From assembly GCA_045586965.1 (NCBI GenBank), contig JAZNBJ010000037.1, positions 587 through 64,586 on the forward strand: 64,000 nt of DNA. Direction: 5' to 3'. Shown piece after piece: positions 1 through 8,289 of the stretch; within the stretch, counting starts at the first letter, position 1, and every line of letters begins with the position of its first letter. The DNA comes from Candidatus Gastranaerophilaceae bacterium. Lineage in GTDB: Bacteria > Cyanobacteriota > Vampirovibrionia > Gastranaerophilales > Gastranaerophilaceae. The notes beneath the pieces are model-generated. The model saw nothing but the letters and a program-made list of their open reading frames with translations. It made no database searches and was not told the origin of the DNA. Both the position numbers and the translations under genes were made by a program.

Positions 1-63
1 GCTGTGTGTTCTGGTGAGAAAAAAAGCATGTATGGGTTTAAATGGACCAAGGTTCTAAATTAA
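1..63 (+). CDS. 3' end of a homing-endonuclease-like ORF (5' part lies outside the window)
   Basis: Frame 1 is open from base 1 to TAA 61-63. The tail ...SGEKKSMYGFKWTKVLN resembles the ...SGKPYKGFIWKYEKK tail of the NUMOD4/HNH ORF at 6241-6804. It lies directly upstream of the PolB fragment. Confidence 0.35.
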   Translation, partial: AVCSGEKKSMYGFKWTKVLN

Positions 64-79
64 GATATAGTCAGTAAGT

Positions 80-982
80 GCATCGCTATATCCAAGTATG
101 ATACTTGAATACAATTTTTATCCCCAACATTTAGGAACTGCGTTTCTTAAAGTCTATGGTCGAATTAAAAATGAACGAATTGAAGCAAAACACAATGGTA
201 ATAAAATTAAGAACGAAACTTTAAAGTTAGCTCTTAATGGTTTATCTGGCAACTTACAGAATGAACACAGTTGGGTTTATGACCCAAAAGCAGTAATGTC
301 TATTAGAATTAATGGACAATTACTATTACTAATGTTAGCTGAACAATTAGTTCAAATAGGATGTAAAATAATACAAGCAAATACAGATGGACTATTTATC
401 CTTGTTAAAAAATCTGACTATCCTACTTGTAAAGATATTTGTAGCAAGTGGGAAAATCTTACTCATTTGGTTCTTGAGGAAGATCGTTTTAAAGCCATGT
501 ATCAATTTGCTATCAATGATTACTTTGCTATCACAGAAGATGACAAAGTAAAAGAAAAAGGAATGTTTATTACTACAACCAAATTAGGTAAAGGTTTATC
601 ACCAAAGATAATACCAAAAGCAGTAATTGCATTCTTTAAAGACGGGGTGCCTGTTGAAGAAACTATTAAAGGTTGCAAAGACATTAAAGATTTTCTTATG
701 TCTGAAAAGACAGGTAAGCAATGGCATGTTGAATACATGAATGAAGAACAACAGAGAACAAACCGTTTCTATGCATCTACTAATGGTGGATACTTATGGA
801 AATGGAAAGACAACGGAGGAATAAAACAGTATAACAATATGTTAACTGCGTCTGGTGTTACTTTATTAAATACATTCGACGATACACCTATTGAGAAAAG
901 AAATATAAACTACAGGTATTATATACTTGAAGCTTATAAAATAATCAGAGAATTAAAACCACTACAATTAAGTCTATGGTAA
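80..982 (+). CDS. polB: Family B DNA polymerase, C-terminal portion (begins inside motif A)
   Basis: ASLYPSMI (the rest of motif A, DxxSLYPS) is at 80-103. KLALNGLSGNL resembles motif B (KxxxNSxYG) and IQANTDGLFI resembles motif C (YxDTDS). An in-frame TAA at 56-58 cuts off everything upstream. Stop is TAA 980-982. The 5' boundary is approximate. Confidence 0.7.
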   Translation, partial: ASLYPSMILEYNFYPQHLGTAFLKVYGRIKNERIEAKHNGNKIKNETLKLALNGLSGNLQNEHSWVYDPKAVMSIRINGQLLLLMLAEQLVQIGCKIIQANTDGLFILVKKSDYPTCKDICSKWENLTHLVLEEDRFKAMYQFAINDYFAITEDDKVKEKGMFITTTKLGKGLSPKIIPKAVIAFFKDGVPVEETIKGCKDIKDFLMSEKTGKQWHVEYMNEEQQRTNRFYASTNGGYLWKWKDNGGIKQYNNMLTASGVTLLNTFDDTPIEKRNINYRYYILEAYKIIRELKPLQLSLW

Positions 983-990
983 TACCAAAG

Positions 991-999
991 ACTATCAGA
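991..999 (+). promoter_or_regulatory. ACTATCAGA motif, copy 1 (candidate promoter/operator element)
   Basis: This 9-mer sits in the intergenic spacer about 40 nt upstream of ATG 1041. The same 9-mer occurs twice in tandem upstream of ATG 3167. Confidence 0.25.
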
Positions 1000-1040
1000 T
1001 ATATTTCAGAACCATAGCTTGTATAATATTATATAAGATT

Positions 1041-1607
1041 ATGATTTTAGAAATAGATACATCTGTCTTAGACAGAATACCAAATATTAATTTAAATCAA
1101 CTTATATTTTTAACTCTTGTATTGAATGATAATCAAACAATTAATCAAGACATTCACAAACTTCTCAGCCTTGTTCGTGAAGAAGAGATACAAGAATTAA
1201 AGTCTGCTGATCTAATATCTATTGATATAGATCCCAAAGGCAACCAAGTAATTCATAAAACACAAAGATTAATAGAGCTTTTAAAAGAAGACAAATCAAT
1301 GTTTGATGAATTCTATGAATTATACCCAATTTATGTAATGCGTCCTGATGGAACTAAAGGTTTCTTAAGAAGCAACATAAACAAATGTAGAAAAGAATAT
1401 AACCGAATTGTAGGTAGATCTAAAGCAATGCACGAACACATAATGCGTTGCTTAAAATTTGAATTAGATTCAAAAATGACTACAGGCAAAATAGGTTATA
1501 TGAAAACTATGTGGAAATGGTTAGTTCAAAGAGAATGGGAAGCCATTGAAGACCAAATGAACGAAGAATCTTATAACACAAACAGTTATGGAACAAACAT
1601 CATTTGA
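1041..1607 (+). CDS. hypothetical replication-module protein
   Basis: Intact ATG..TGA ORF of 188 aa. It overlaps the downstream helicase gene by 20 nt. I recognise no motif. Confidence 0.6.
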   Translation: MILEIDTSVLDRIPNINLNQLIFLTLVLNDNQTINQDIHKLLSLVREEEIQELKSADLISIDIDPKGNQVIHKTQRLIELLKEDKSMFDEFYELYPIYVMRPDGTKGFLRSNINKCRKEYNRIVGRSKAMHEHIMRCLKFELDSKMTTGKIGYMKTMWKWLVQREWEAIEDQMNEESYNTNSYGTNII

Positions 1608-2571
1608 TACTCTCACATTCAAACACATATCTTCTGTTGCCGATGAAACAATAGAATATATGAAAGAGCGTAAAGCTCATAATGTTGAATCACTTAGAAC
1701 CAGATGGAATAAATTTAACTCCTGTTGTATGGGAGGAATTGAACCCAATACTATATACACTATAGTAGGTATAAGTGGTAGCGGTAAATCGTCGTTTGTC
1801 AACAGTTTGGAAAGTGATATAGTTGATTTAAACCCCTCTCAGGATATTGTAATATTAAACTTTAGTTTAGAAATGGTTAACTACCGACAAGTTGGTAGAA
1901 AACTAAGTAGTAAGTTAAGGCGTACTACTTCTCAGCTTTATTCTGCAACAGAAGATTTGTCAGATAATGACTTATTTGCTGCAGAAAAAGCCGCTCAACA
2001 AATAAAACGTTACCCTATCTATTATGTAGATAATCCAGGTACGGTTGAGACTATTGGTAAAACAATTGAGAAATTTTATGAACTAAAAGTAAAAGGAACC
2101 AATAAAAAATTCATAGTAATACTTGACCACGTATTGCTCGTAGAAGGTTCTGGGTCAACATTACAAACAATATCAGATTTACAGAAACTGTTTATTAAGG
2201 TAAAGAAATTACCTAATACAACAATAATACAGCTTTCACAGATGAATCGAAATATTGAAGCTCCTGAGAGAATTAATAATCCATCTATGCATTATCCTAT
2301 GCGTAGCGATATATCTTCAGCAGATACTATATTTCATGCGTCAGATTACGTTATTTGTATACATCGTCCCGAACTCATTTTGGCAGGGAGATTATACGGA
2401 CCGAATCGTTTATTAGTGGAGAATAAAGTCTTCCTTCATATTCTAAAAAATAGAGATGCAGGAGACTGTGCCATATTAGAGTTTGAGAACGATCTAAAGT
2501 ACAATAACTTGATTGAAACTGAAAGAAATACAGACACTACTAAAAATATATCGTTTAGTAATAACATTTAA
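1588..2571 (+). CDS. DnaB-like replicative helicase (RecA-fold domain)
   Basis: Walker A is GISGSGKSSF and Walker B is FIVILDHVLL. IIQLSQMNRN matches the DnaB LSQLNR motif. Stop is TAA. Confidence 0.7.
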   Translation: MEQTSFDTLTFKHISSVADETIEYMKERKAHNVESLRTRWNKFNSCCMGGIEPNTIYTIVGISGSGKSSFVNSLESDIVDLNPSQDIVILNFSLEMVNYRQVGRKLSSKLRRTTSQLYSATEDLSDNDLFAAEKAAQQIKRYPIYYVDNPGTVETIGKTIEKFYELKVKGTNKKFIVILDHVLLVEGSGSTLQTISDLQKLFIKVKKLPNTTIIQLSQMNRNIEAPERINNPSMHYPMRSDISSADTIFHASDYVICIHRPELILAGRLYGPNRLLVENKVFLHILKNRDAGDCAILEFENDLKYNNLIETERNTDTTKNISFSNNI

Positions 2572-2585
2572 AAAGGCTGAAAATT

Positions 2586-3104
2586 ATGAAGACATATACA
2601 TTTACTTTACCTAAAACAACTGACAATGCTAAGAAGTATAAGAACTCTCTTATTGAACGAGTAATCACTGCATATCCTTGGTTGACAATTGATAGCTCAT
2701 TTGATTTTCCGAAATCAGATTTTGGTATCGAAAACGCAATTGCTGGTGATATGATTACTTTGGGTATTAGTCCTACTCATAATGTTTCTTGGAAGTCTAG
2801 CGCATGCAAGAACTGTCCATTTGCAAACAGTTGTCTTAAGGATTCTGTAAATTTCGACTTGGAAACTGAATTTATTCCTGCAATGAATGCATTGAAGACA
2901 TATGCTTTCGAAAACTTTCCTTTTAAGAAGGATTATGATTTCGAAGATGAATTCGGTACTCCTATTAAGATTTTCGATAACTTTGTACAAATAGGTTACG
3001 AAATCATTCCTATCAAACATGGTTCATTGAACTATTTGAAACCTAAAACCAAGAAGCTTATCATTGATATTGTAATCAAGATTAAGAAGAACGGTTGGTA
3101 TTAA
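2586..3104 (+). CDS. hypothetical protein
   Basis: Intact ATG..TAA ORF of 172 aa with compact spacing to its neighbours. Confidence 0.55.
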   Translation: MKTYTFTLPKTTDNAKKYKNSLIERVITAYPWLTIDSSFDFPKSDFGIENAIAGDMITLGISPTHNVSWKSSACKNCPFANSCLKDSVNFDLETEFIPAMNALKTYAFENFPFKKDYDFEDEFGTPIKIFDNFVQIGYEIIPIKHGSLNYLKPKTKKLIIDIVIKIKKNGWY

Positions 3105-3119
3105 TTAACTAATTCCGCA

Positions 3120-3137
3120 ACTATCAGAACTATCAGA
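3120..3137 (+). promoter_or_regulatory. ACTATCAGA motif, tandem copies 2 and 3
   Basis: ACTATCAGAACTATCAGA lies 30 nt upstream of ATG 3167 and is identical to the 9-mer at 991-999. Confidence 0.25.
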
Positions 3138-3166
3138 ATTTTCGAGGAATACAAAAATAAACGTTT

Positions 3167-3910
3167 ATGATTGTATTACCAAAAGAAAAAAGTACACCCA
3201 AAGTAAATAATCCATCATTGTTGATTCTGTTCGGTCGACCAAAGGCCGGCAAATCAACTTTAATGGCTAATTTAGATGATAACTTAATTATCGACTTAGA
3301 GAACGGTTATCAAGCTCTATCGGCTTTAGTTGTACAAGCTAGAAGTATTAATGACTTCGCAGAAATAGCAAATGCAATTAAAGAAGAAATGAATAACAAT
3401 GGAGGCAAATATCCTTACAAACGTATTACTATTGATAATGCAACACGTTTGGAAGAAATGTGTCTTTCATATGCAATTACTTTATATCGCCAAACTCCAA
3501 TGGGTAAGGCGTATCAAGGTACAGATATTAGAACATTACCAAATGGTTCTGGTTACATGTACTTACGTCAAGCAGTACGTAAAGTAATTGATATGTTCAA
3601 AAGTCTTTGTGAGTCATTGATTTTAGTAGCCCACGTGAAAGAAAAGATGATTAACAAAGAAGGAGAAGAGCTCAGTGAAATGTCTATTGACCTCACTGGT
3701 AAATTAGGAGATATACTTTGTGGTGAAGCAGATGCAATTGGATATGTGTATCGCAAAAAGAATGAAACTATTATTTCATTTGAAGGCGGTGAAAACACTA
3801 TTCGAGAAGCTCGTGCAGACCATTTAAGAGGAAAGAAGATTGTAGTAGCTACTAGTGACGAAAACAATAAAGTTACAGTAGATATGTCAAAGATTTTCTT
3901 GCCTGAATAA
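3167..3910 (+). CDS. AAA_24 / Sak4-like RecA-fold ATPase
   Basis: An N-terminal Walker A (LILFGRPKAGKSTL) lies about 20 aa from the start. Walker B-like motifs are ITIDNATRLEE and LILVAHVKE. The size and layout are typical of phage Sak4-type ATPases. Confidence 0.6.
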   Translation: MIVLPKEKSTPKVNNPSLLILFGRPKAGKSTLMANLDDNLIIDLENGYQALSALVVQARSINDFAEIANAIKEEMNNNGGKYPYKRITIDNATRLEEMCLSYAITLYRQTPMGKAYQGTDIRTLPNGSGYMYLRQAVRKVIDMFKSLCESLILVAHVKEKMINKEGEELSEMSIDLTGKLGDILCGEADAIGYVYRKKNETIISFEGGENTIREARADHLRGKKIVVATSDENNKVTVDMSKIFLPE

Positions 3911-3948
3911 TTATTAACAGTGCCTTAGTGCCAAAATAATTTAACGAT

Positions 3949-4566
3949 ATGATTTTTAGTACAGAATTAGCAAATAAGATTGAAACAGTAAGTGGTAGTA
4001 AGTATTTGGAAGCAGGTATTCACGATGACGTAAAACTCGTGAGTGCTCGTTCCGCAGTATCTATGAACGGAAATAACTTCCTTGAAATTAAATTCGAAAA
4101 GAACGGTAAGGAACTGGTTCACACCGAATGGGAACCAACTCCTTCACCAAACGCTACGGAAGAACAAACACAAGCAAAAGCAACTAACCAAGTTAGTCGT
4201 ATTATGCAAATTTTGAAGTGTTTTTATCCTGCAGAAATGCTTACTTTCACAGGTGCATCATACATGGAATTTATTACATGGGTAGTAAATCTTTTGAATG
4301 ATGCAGACAAGAACAAGTTGTTGAAGGTTAAGGTTGTTTATAACACAAAGGGTTATACTACATTGCCTAACTATGCAAAGTTTGCTTTCATTGAACCAAT
4401 GGAATTGCCAGAAGGTCAAGAAAGTAAGATTGCAGAATTGGGTATTGATGTATTTACTCGTCCTGTAATTGCAGATAAAGAAGTTAATGTAACCAATCCG
4501 TTGGAAAACATAACTTCTGGTTTTGTAAGTACACAATCCTCAGCAAGCAATGATTTGCCGTTTTAA
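3949..4566 (+). CDS. putative single-stranded DNA-binding protein
   Basis: The C-terminal tip ...SSASNDLPF resembles the conserved SSB acidic tail ending in IPF. It sits between the recombination ATPase and the primase. The call rests on this weak motif only. Confidence 0.4.
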   Translation: MIFSTELANKIETVSGSKYLEAGIHDDVKLVSARSAVSMNGNNFLEIKFEKNGKELVHTEWEPTPSPNATEEQTQAKATNQVSRIMQILKCFYPAEMLTFTGASYMEFITWVVNLLNDADKNKLLKVKVVYNTKGYTTLPNYAKFAFIEPMELPEGQESKIAELGIDVFTRPVIADKEVNVTNPLENITSGFVSTQSSASNDLPF

Positions 4567-4612
4567 TCTTATTTGATTAAATAATATCCGTCGCTAGACG
4601 TTAAAATAGGGC

Positions 4613-4734
4613 GATGTGTTCTATTAAGCTGGTTAAGTACGGGGCATAGGGAGGTAAGTTAGAAGAAACTTTTAACTCGTCAGAAATGACGCTATTGCCA
4701 ATCGGGGATGGGGGTTCGAATCCCCCACACATCA
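4613..4734 (+). tRNA. tRNA-like gene with a large insertion replacing the anticodon arm; anticodon not assignable
   Basis: There is a perfect 7-bp acceptor stem (GATGTGT 4613-4619 / ACACATC 4727-4733), then T8. The D-arm is TATT/AGTA with loop AAGCTGGTTA. The T-arm is GGGGG-TTCGAAT-CCCCC (4710-4726), followed by discriminator A. About 70 nt lie between the D and T arms instead of about 23. That stretch contains two hairpins (4657-4677 and 4678-4691) and no 5bp-7nt-5bp anticodon arm. Confidence 0.5.
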
Positions 4735-4755
4735 CAAATTTAAAACATATATCAT

Positions 4756-5733
4756 ATGATTTACGACACTACCAAAGTAAAAGACAATGTTGAGTTAGTT
4801 ACTTTAGATTGGATACTTTCTAAAGTAACCGAATATGATATATACTCAGCGTATCTTGGGAATTTTAAAGTAGGCATGATCTATAACAGTCCATTTAGAA
4901 AGGATAAAAATCCTTCATTTGGCTGTTATTACAGCAGACGAACAAAACAACTGATGTTTAAAGATCATGGTACAGGTGATTGCGGTAATGTAATTAAGTT
5001 CGTACAATTATTTACCGGTTTAACTAATTATTCAGATATACTAAATGATATAGTTAATAAACTTAAAATTACCAATAATACGCAATTGGTTAGCTCTAAG
5101 CAATATATACCGTCACAAGAGACAGTAATCGGTGTTGTAAGGCAAGACTTTACGAAAACAGACACCGATTACTGGTCTCAGTACAACATAAGTAAACAGA
5201 CATTAAAGAAATTTGATGTTAGTAGTATTAAATATTATTTATGCAACGGTATTGTAAAGGGTATTTACAAGGATACAAATCCTATGTACGCATACAAGGT
5301 GTATAATCACTTTAAGATTTACAAACCTTTAGCAGACAAATATACAAAATGGCGTAATAACCTGACAGAAAATGATATTCAGGGGTTTAAACAGTTACCT
5401 AAAACTGGTGATATTTTAATTATCACAAAAAGCTTAAAAGACGTCATGTGTTTATATGAAATGGGTATACCAGCCATTTCACCAAGTTCAGAGTCTACTT
5501 GGATTCCAGAGAAGGCTCTAGAAGATATTTTAAAGCGTTTTAAGCGCGTTTTAATATGTTTTGATAGAGATGTAGCCGGAGTTAAAAATCTTCGAAAATT
5601 AAGCCTTAAAACAGGCTTAGAGCCGCTTCTTGTACACAAGAAATTTAAAGCAAAAGATATATCTGATGCAGTCTCTACAAATGGTTTTGAAATTGTTAAA
5701 AATTGGTTATATGAAACTCTCAAAATTAATTAA
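4756..5733 (+). CDS. DNA primase (Toprim domain)
   Basis: SPFRKDKNPSFGCY is a primase N-terminal finger-like motif. The Toprim signature is ILIITKSLKDVMCLYEMGIPAISPSSE plus VLICFDRDVAG (DxD). Stop is TAA. Confidence 0.7.
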   Translation: MIYDTTKVKDNVELVTLDWILSKVTEYDIYSAYLGNFKVGMIYNSPFRKDKNPSFGCYYSRRTKQLMFKDHGTGDCGNVIKFVQLFTGLTNYSDILNDIVNKLKITNNTQLVSSKQYIPSQETVIGVVRQDFTKTDTDYWSQYNISKQTLKKFDVSSIKYYLCNGIVKGIYKDTNPMYAYKVYNHFKIYKPLADKYTKWRNNLTENDIQGFKQLPKTGDILIITKSLKDVMCLYEMGIPAISPSSESTWIPEKALEDILKRFKRVLICFDRDVAGVKNLRKLSLKTGLEPLLVHKKFKAKDISDAVSTNGFEIVKNWLYETLKIN

Positions 5734-5875
5734 AGAAATTAAAAGAGTAACAAGAGAAGAAGATCCAGATATAGCAATAATAGACGATTTTTATGAATAC
5801 AAATTTCATATAAAATATTTAAACAAAACAGCGTGTATTGTAATTTATGATGAAGGCGAAGACGAAGACGACTAA
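5711..5875 (+). CDS. small acidic protein, paralog 1 (MKLSKLIKE... family)
   Basis: I place the start at internal ATG 5711 because about 38 nt around it (5701-5739) are duplicated at 5887-5924 around ATG 5897. It ends in an acidic tail, EGEDEDD. Confidence 0.5.
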   Translation: MKLSKLIKEIKRVTREEDPDIAIIDDFYEYKFHIKYLNKTACIVIYDEGEDEDD

Positions 5876-5896
5876 CTAGAAAAAGAAATTGGATAT

Positions 5897-6157
5897 ATGA
5901 AACTTTCAAAATTAATCAAAGAATTGCAAGATATACAAAAGAATTGGTCAATTGATCCAGATGTATGTGTTAGAACACCTGATTTTGAAGATCGAGATAT
6001 TGAAGACTTTTGTACAACAATTAGTTCAGATAGAGAAGAACGATATTTAGTGATATTGGGATTTAACGAAGACGATTATTATAATGAAAACATTATAACA
6101 ATTGAATTAAATCCTTGGTATAAACGATTATGGAATCGAATTAAACATTGGTTCTAA
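5897..6157 (+). CDS. small protein, paralog 2 (MKLSKLIKE... family)
   Basis: ATG..TAA ORF of 86 aa. Its N-terminus MKLSKLIKELQ matches MKLSKLIKEIK of the preceding gene. Confidence 0.55.
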   Translation: MKLSKLIKELQDIQKNWSIDPDVCVRTPDFEDRDIEDFCTTISSDREERYLVILGFNEDDYYNENIITIELNPWYKRLWNRIKHWF

Positions 6158-6240
6158 TGAAAAAATAGAGAAAGAAAAAAGAAGACAAAAAAAGTAACCT
6201 TTTGGCCTTTTATACGTTATCCTTATAAAACATTACAACA

Positions 6241-6804
6241 ATGAAAGAAATTTGGAAAGATATAAAAGAATACGAAGGTTATTACCAAATTAGTAATTTG
6301 GGAAATGTGCGATCGTTAGATCGTATTGTTGAACAAGTGTGTGGAAAAGATAAAACAAAAACACAAAAAAATTTATATAAAGGAAAAATATTAAAAACAC
6401 ATGTAATCAATTCTGGTTATGTTGTTGTAGATTTATGTAAAAATCACAAATCTAAAAAATATTTAGTACATAGATTGGTTGGAAATGCGTTTTTAGAAAA
6501 AAATAAAAACAATTCGCAGATAAATCATAAAGATGAAAACAAATTAAATAATTGTGTTGAAAATCTTGAATGGTGTACCCCTTTATATAATTCCACATAC
6601 CTCGACAAACATAAAAAAGTAGCATTAAAAATAAGCAACATTGTATTACAATTTGATTTGAATAATAATTTTATAGCAAGTTATGTAGGATCAAATCATG
6701 CATCAAGTTTAACAAATGTTCCATCGCGAGGAATTAGAAAAAGTTGCAATTCTGGAAAACCTTATAAAGGATTTATTTGGAAATATGAAAAAAAAGAGAA
6801 ATAA
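6241..6804 (+). CDS. HNH homing endonuclease with NUMOD4-type N-terminus
   Basis: MKEIWKDIKEYEGYYQISNLGNVRSL is a classic NUMOD4 start. HRLVGNAFL...INHKDENKLNNCVENLEWCT is an HNH_3-type motif. The gene appears free-standing. Confidence 0.8.
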   Translation: MKEIWKDIKEYEGYYQISNLGNVRSLDRIVEQVCGKDKTKTQKNLYKGKILKTHVINSGYVVVDLCKNHKSKKYLVHRLVGNAFLEKNKNNSQINHKDENKLNNCVENLEWCTPLYNSTYLDKHKKVALKISNIVLQFDLNNNFIASYVGSNHASSLTNVPSRGIRKSCNSGKPYKGFIWKYEKKEK

Positions 6805-7177
6805 ATAGGGAAAAATACGTAACGTACAACCAAACACATTTGACGGAATAAAATTTCGTAGTAAATTGGAAACGTATACATATAAAAAATTAAAAGAGGC
6901 AAACATCGCTGCAGACTATGAGTCAACTCATTTCGAACTAATACCAAAGTTTGAATATAATAATGAGAAAGTAAGAGCAATGACTTACTTGCCCGATTTT
7001 GTAGGCAAAGACTTTATAATAGAATGTAAAGGACTCATTGGTGACAGTTTTCCCTTAAGATGGAAAATTTTTAAATACACACTTATGCAAAAAAATTTAA
7101 ACTACAAATTATATTTAGTTAGAAATCAAAAGGAAGTAGATGCAATGATTGCTGAACTAAAAACTAACAGAGCATGA
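6785..7177 (+). CDS. DUF1064-like PD-(D/E)XK endonuclease with an in-frame TAG at 6806-6808
   Basis: The conserved family N-terminus (NVQPNTFDGIKFRSKLETYTYKKL) lies upstream of the track's TTG start at 6866. No ATG/GTG/TTG occurs between TAG 6806 and that TTG. ATG 6785 followed by TAG read-through restores a full-length protein. The catalytic-type motif is YLPDFVGKDFIIECKG. Stop is TGA. Confidence 0.55.
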
Positions 7178-7956
7178 CAGAATTTATTAAGATAGGAGAA
7201 AAGATTCAAGTAAAACCAAACGGTTTAGATTACGATTTAATTCCTGGTAAAGTCTATGACTTAAAATGGGATAATTTTAATGATTATACCTATTTGCAGG
7301 AAAATGGTGATCTAAATTTACCTAAAAAACTTTATAAGTTTGAAGGTGATGATAAATTCATCAAACGTTGTTTAACCTATTTCAATTCAGAAAATTCAGG
7401 AGAAACAACAGGTGTATTGTTATCAGGCCTTAAAGGTAGTGGTAAATCTGTATTAGCTAAACGATTAGCTAGAGAAAGTAATCTTCCTATTATCATAGTA
7501 GACCCAGAATATCGACTTTGTCGTATTGAAAAATTCTTCAAGGAAGTAAAAACTCCAGTATGTATAATCCTTGATGAGTTTGAAAAGAATTCATATTTCT
7601 GGCCTACTAAAGATATATTAACTTTCTTAGATGGTATACAATCTACTGCTAAGAAGTTAGTAATTATGACATGTAACAAAACAGATGACTTAGATGAAAA
7701 TCTTATCGACCGTGCTTCGCGCATACGTTATTGGCGCACTTACAAAATGGAAGACAATGTGCCTTTCATTGAAGCTTTAATAAAAGACAAAGGTCTTGAA
7801 AATGTAGAAGAACTGTCTAACTTTATTAAAGAACGTATGAAAGTCATATCTTTCGATAATATAAATTCTTTCTTAGAAGAATATGTATTATTTAAAGACG
7901 AATGTACTTTAGATGAAATATTTGAAGTATTAAATATGACTGATAAAAGCGAGTAA
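7174..7956 (+). CDS. AAA+ ATPase
   Basis: Walker A is GVLLSGLKGSGKSVLAKRLA and Walker B is VCIILDEFEK. A sensor-like motif is LVIMTCN. The start forms an ATGA overlap with the preceding stop. Confidence 0.65.
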   Translation: MTEFIKIGEKIQVKPNGLDYDLIPGKVYDLKWDNFNDYTYLQENGDLNLPKKLYKFEGDDKFIKRCLTYFNSENSGETTGVLLSGLKGSGKSVLAKRLARESNLPIIIVDPEYRLCRIEKFFKEVKTPVCIILDEFEKNSYFWPTKDILTFLDGIQSTAKKLVIMTCNKTDDLDENLIDRASRIRYWRTYKMEDNVPFIEALIKDKGLENVEELSNFIKERMKVISFDNINSFLEEYVLFKDECTLDEIFEVLNMTDKSE

Positions 7957-7974
7957 TGATAATATTTTTATTAA

Positions 7975-8007
7975 TAGCCGTGGGGAAACTCACGGCTAAT
8001 TTTTATT
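7975..8007 (+). terminator. Rho-independent terminator
   Basis: The stem is TAGCCGTG/CACGGCTA with loop GGGAAACT, followed by ATTTTTATT. It lies 19 nt after the TAA of 7174-7956. Confidence 0.7.
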
Positions 8008-8016
8008 CTTAACGCT

Positions 8017-8289
8017 ATGAACATATTAAGAAAAGCATACGATTCAATTAAACGAACTATTGAATTTGAATTTTTCAAACGTAAATTCAACAATTGGTTA
8101 GAAACCAAAGAAATTGAAATTTTAGATGAAATCAATAGAAATGATGCAAAAATAATAGAATATCTATCTGACGAACGATTTGGAACAGCATTCTCTTTTT
8201 TTAGAAATAAAACCGATCGAGAATATGAGTTGCAAGCATTACGTGACTATAAAAATTATGTTCTAAAAAAGATAAAGGATGGAAATTAA
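8017..8289 (+). CDS. hypothetical protein
   Basis: ATG..TAA ORF of 90 aa that overlaps the next gene by 11 nt. Confidence 0.5.
   Translation: MNILRKAYDSIKRTIEFEFFKRKFNNWLETKEIEILDEINRNDAKIIEYLSDERFGTAFSFFRNKTDREYELQALRDYKNYVLKKIKDGN

Noticed and set aside
520-738. Antisense ORFs within the replication module (520-738, 2715-3020, 3568-3867, 4258-4536, 5379-5723, 7377-7724, 8478-8675; all - strand)
   Set aside because: Each is fully embedded in a longer + strand gene with recognisable motifs, and none has a recognisable motif of its own.
4590-4740. A canonical suppressor tRNA with a CUA anticodon loop
   Set aside because: CTA occurs at 4594, 4621 and 4692. None has U at position 33, a purine at position 37 and a flanking 5-bp stem, so I report only a tRNA-like gene of unknown anticodon.
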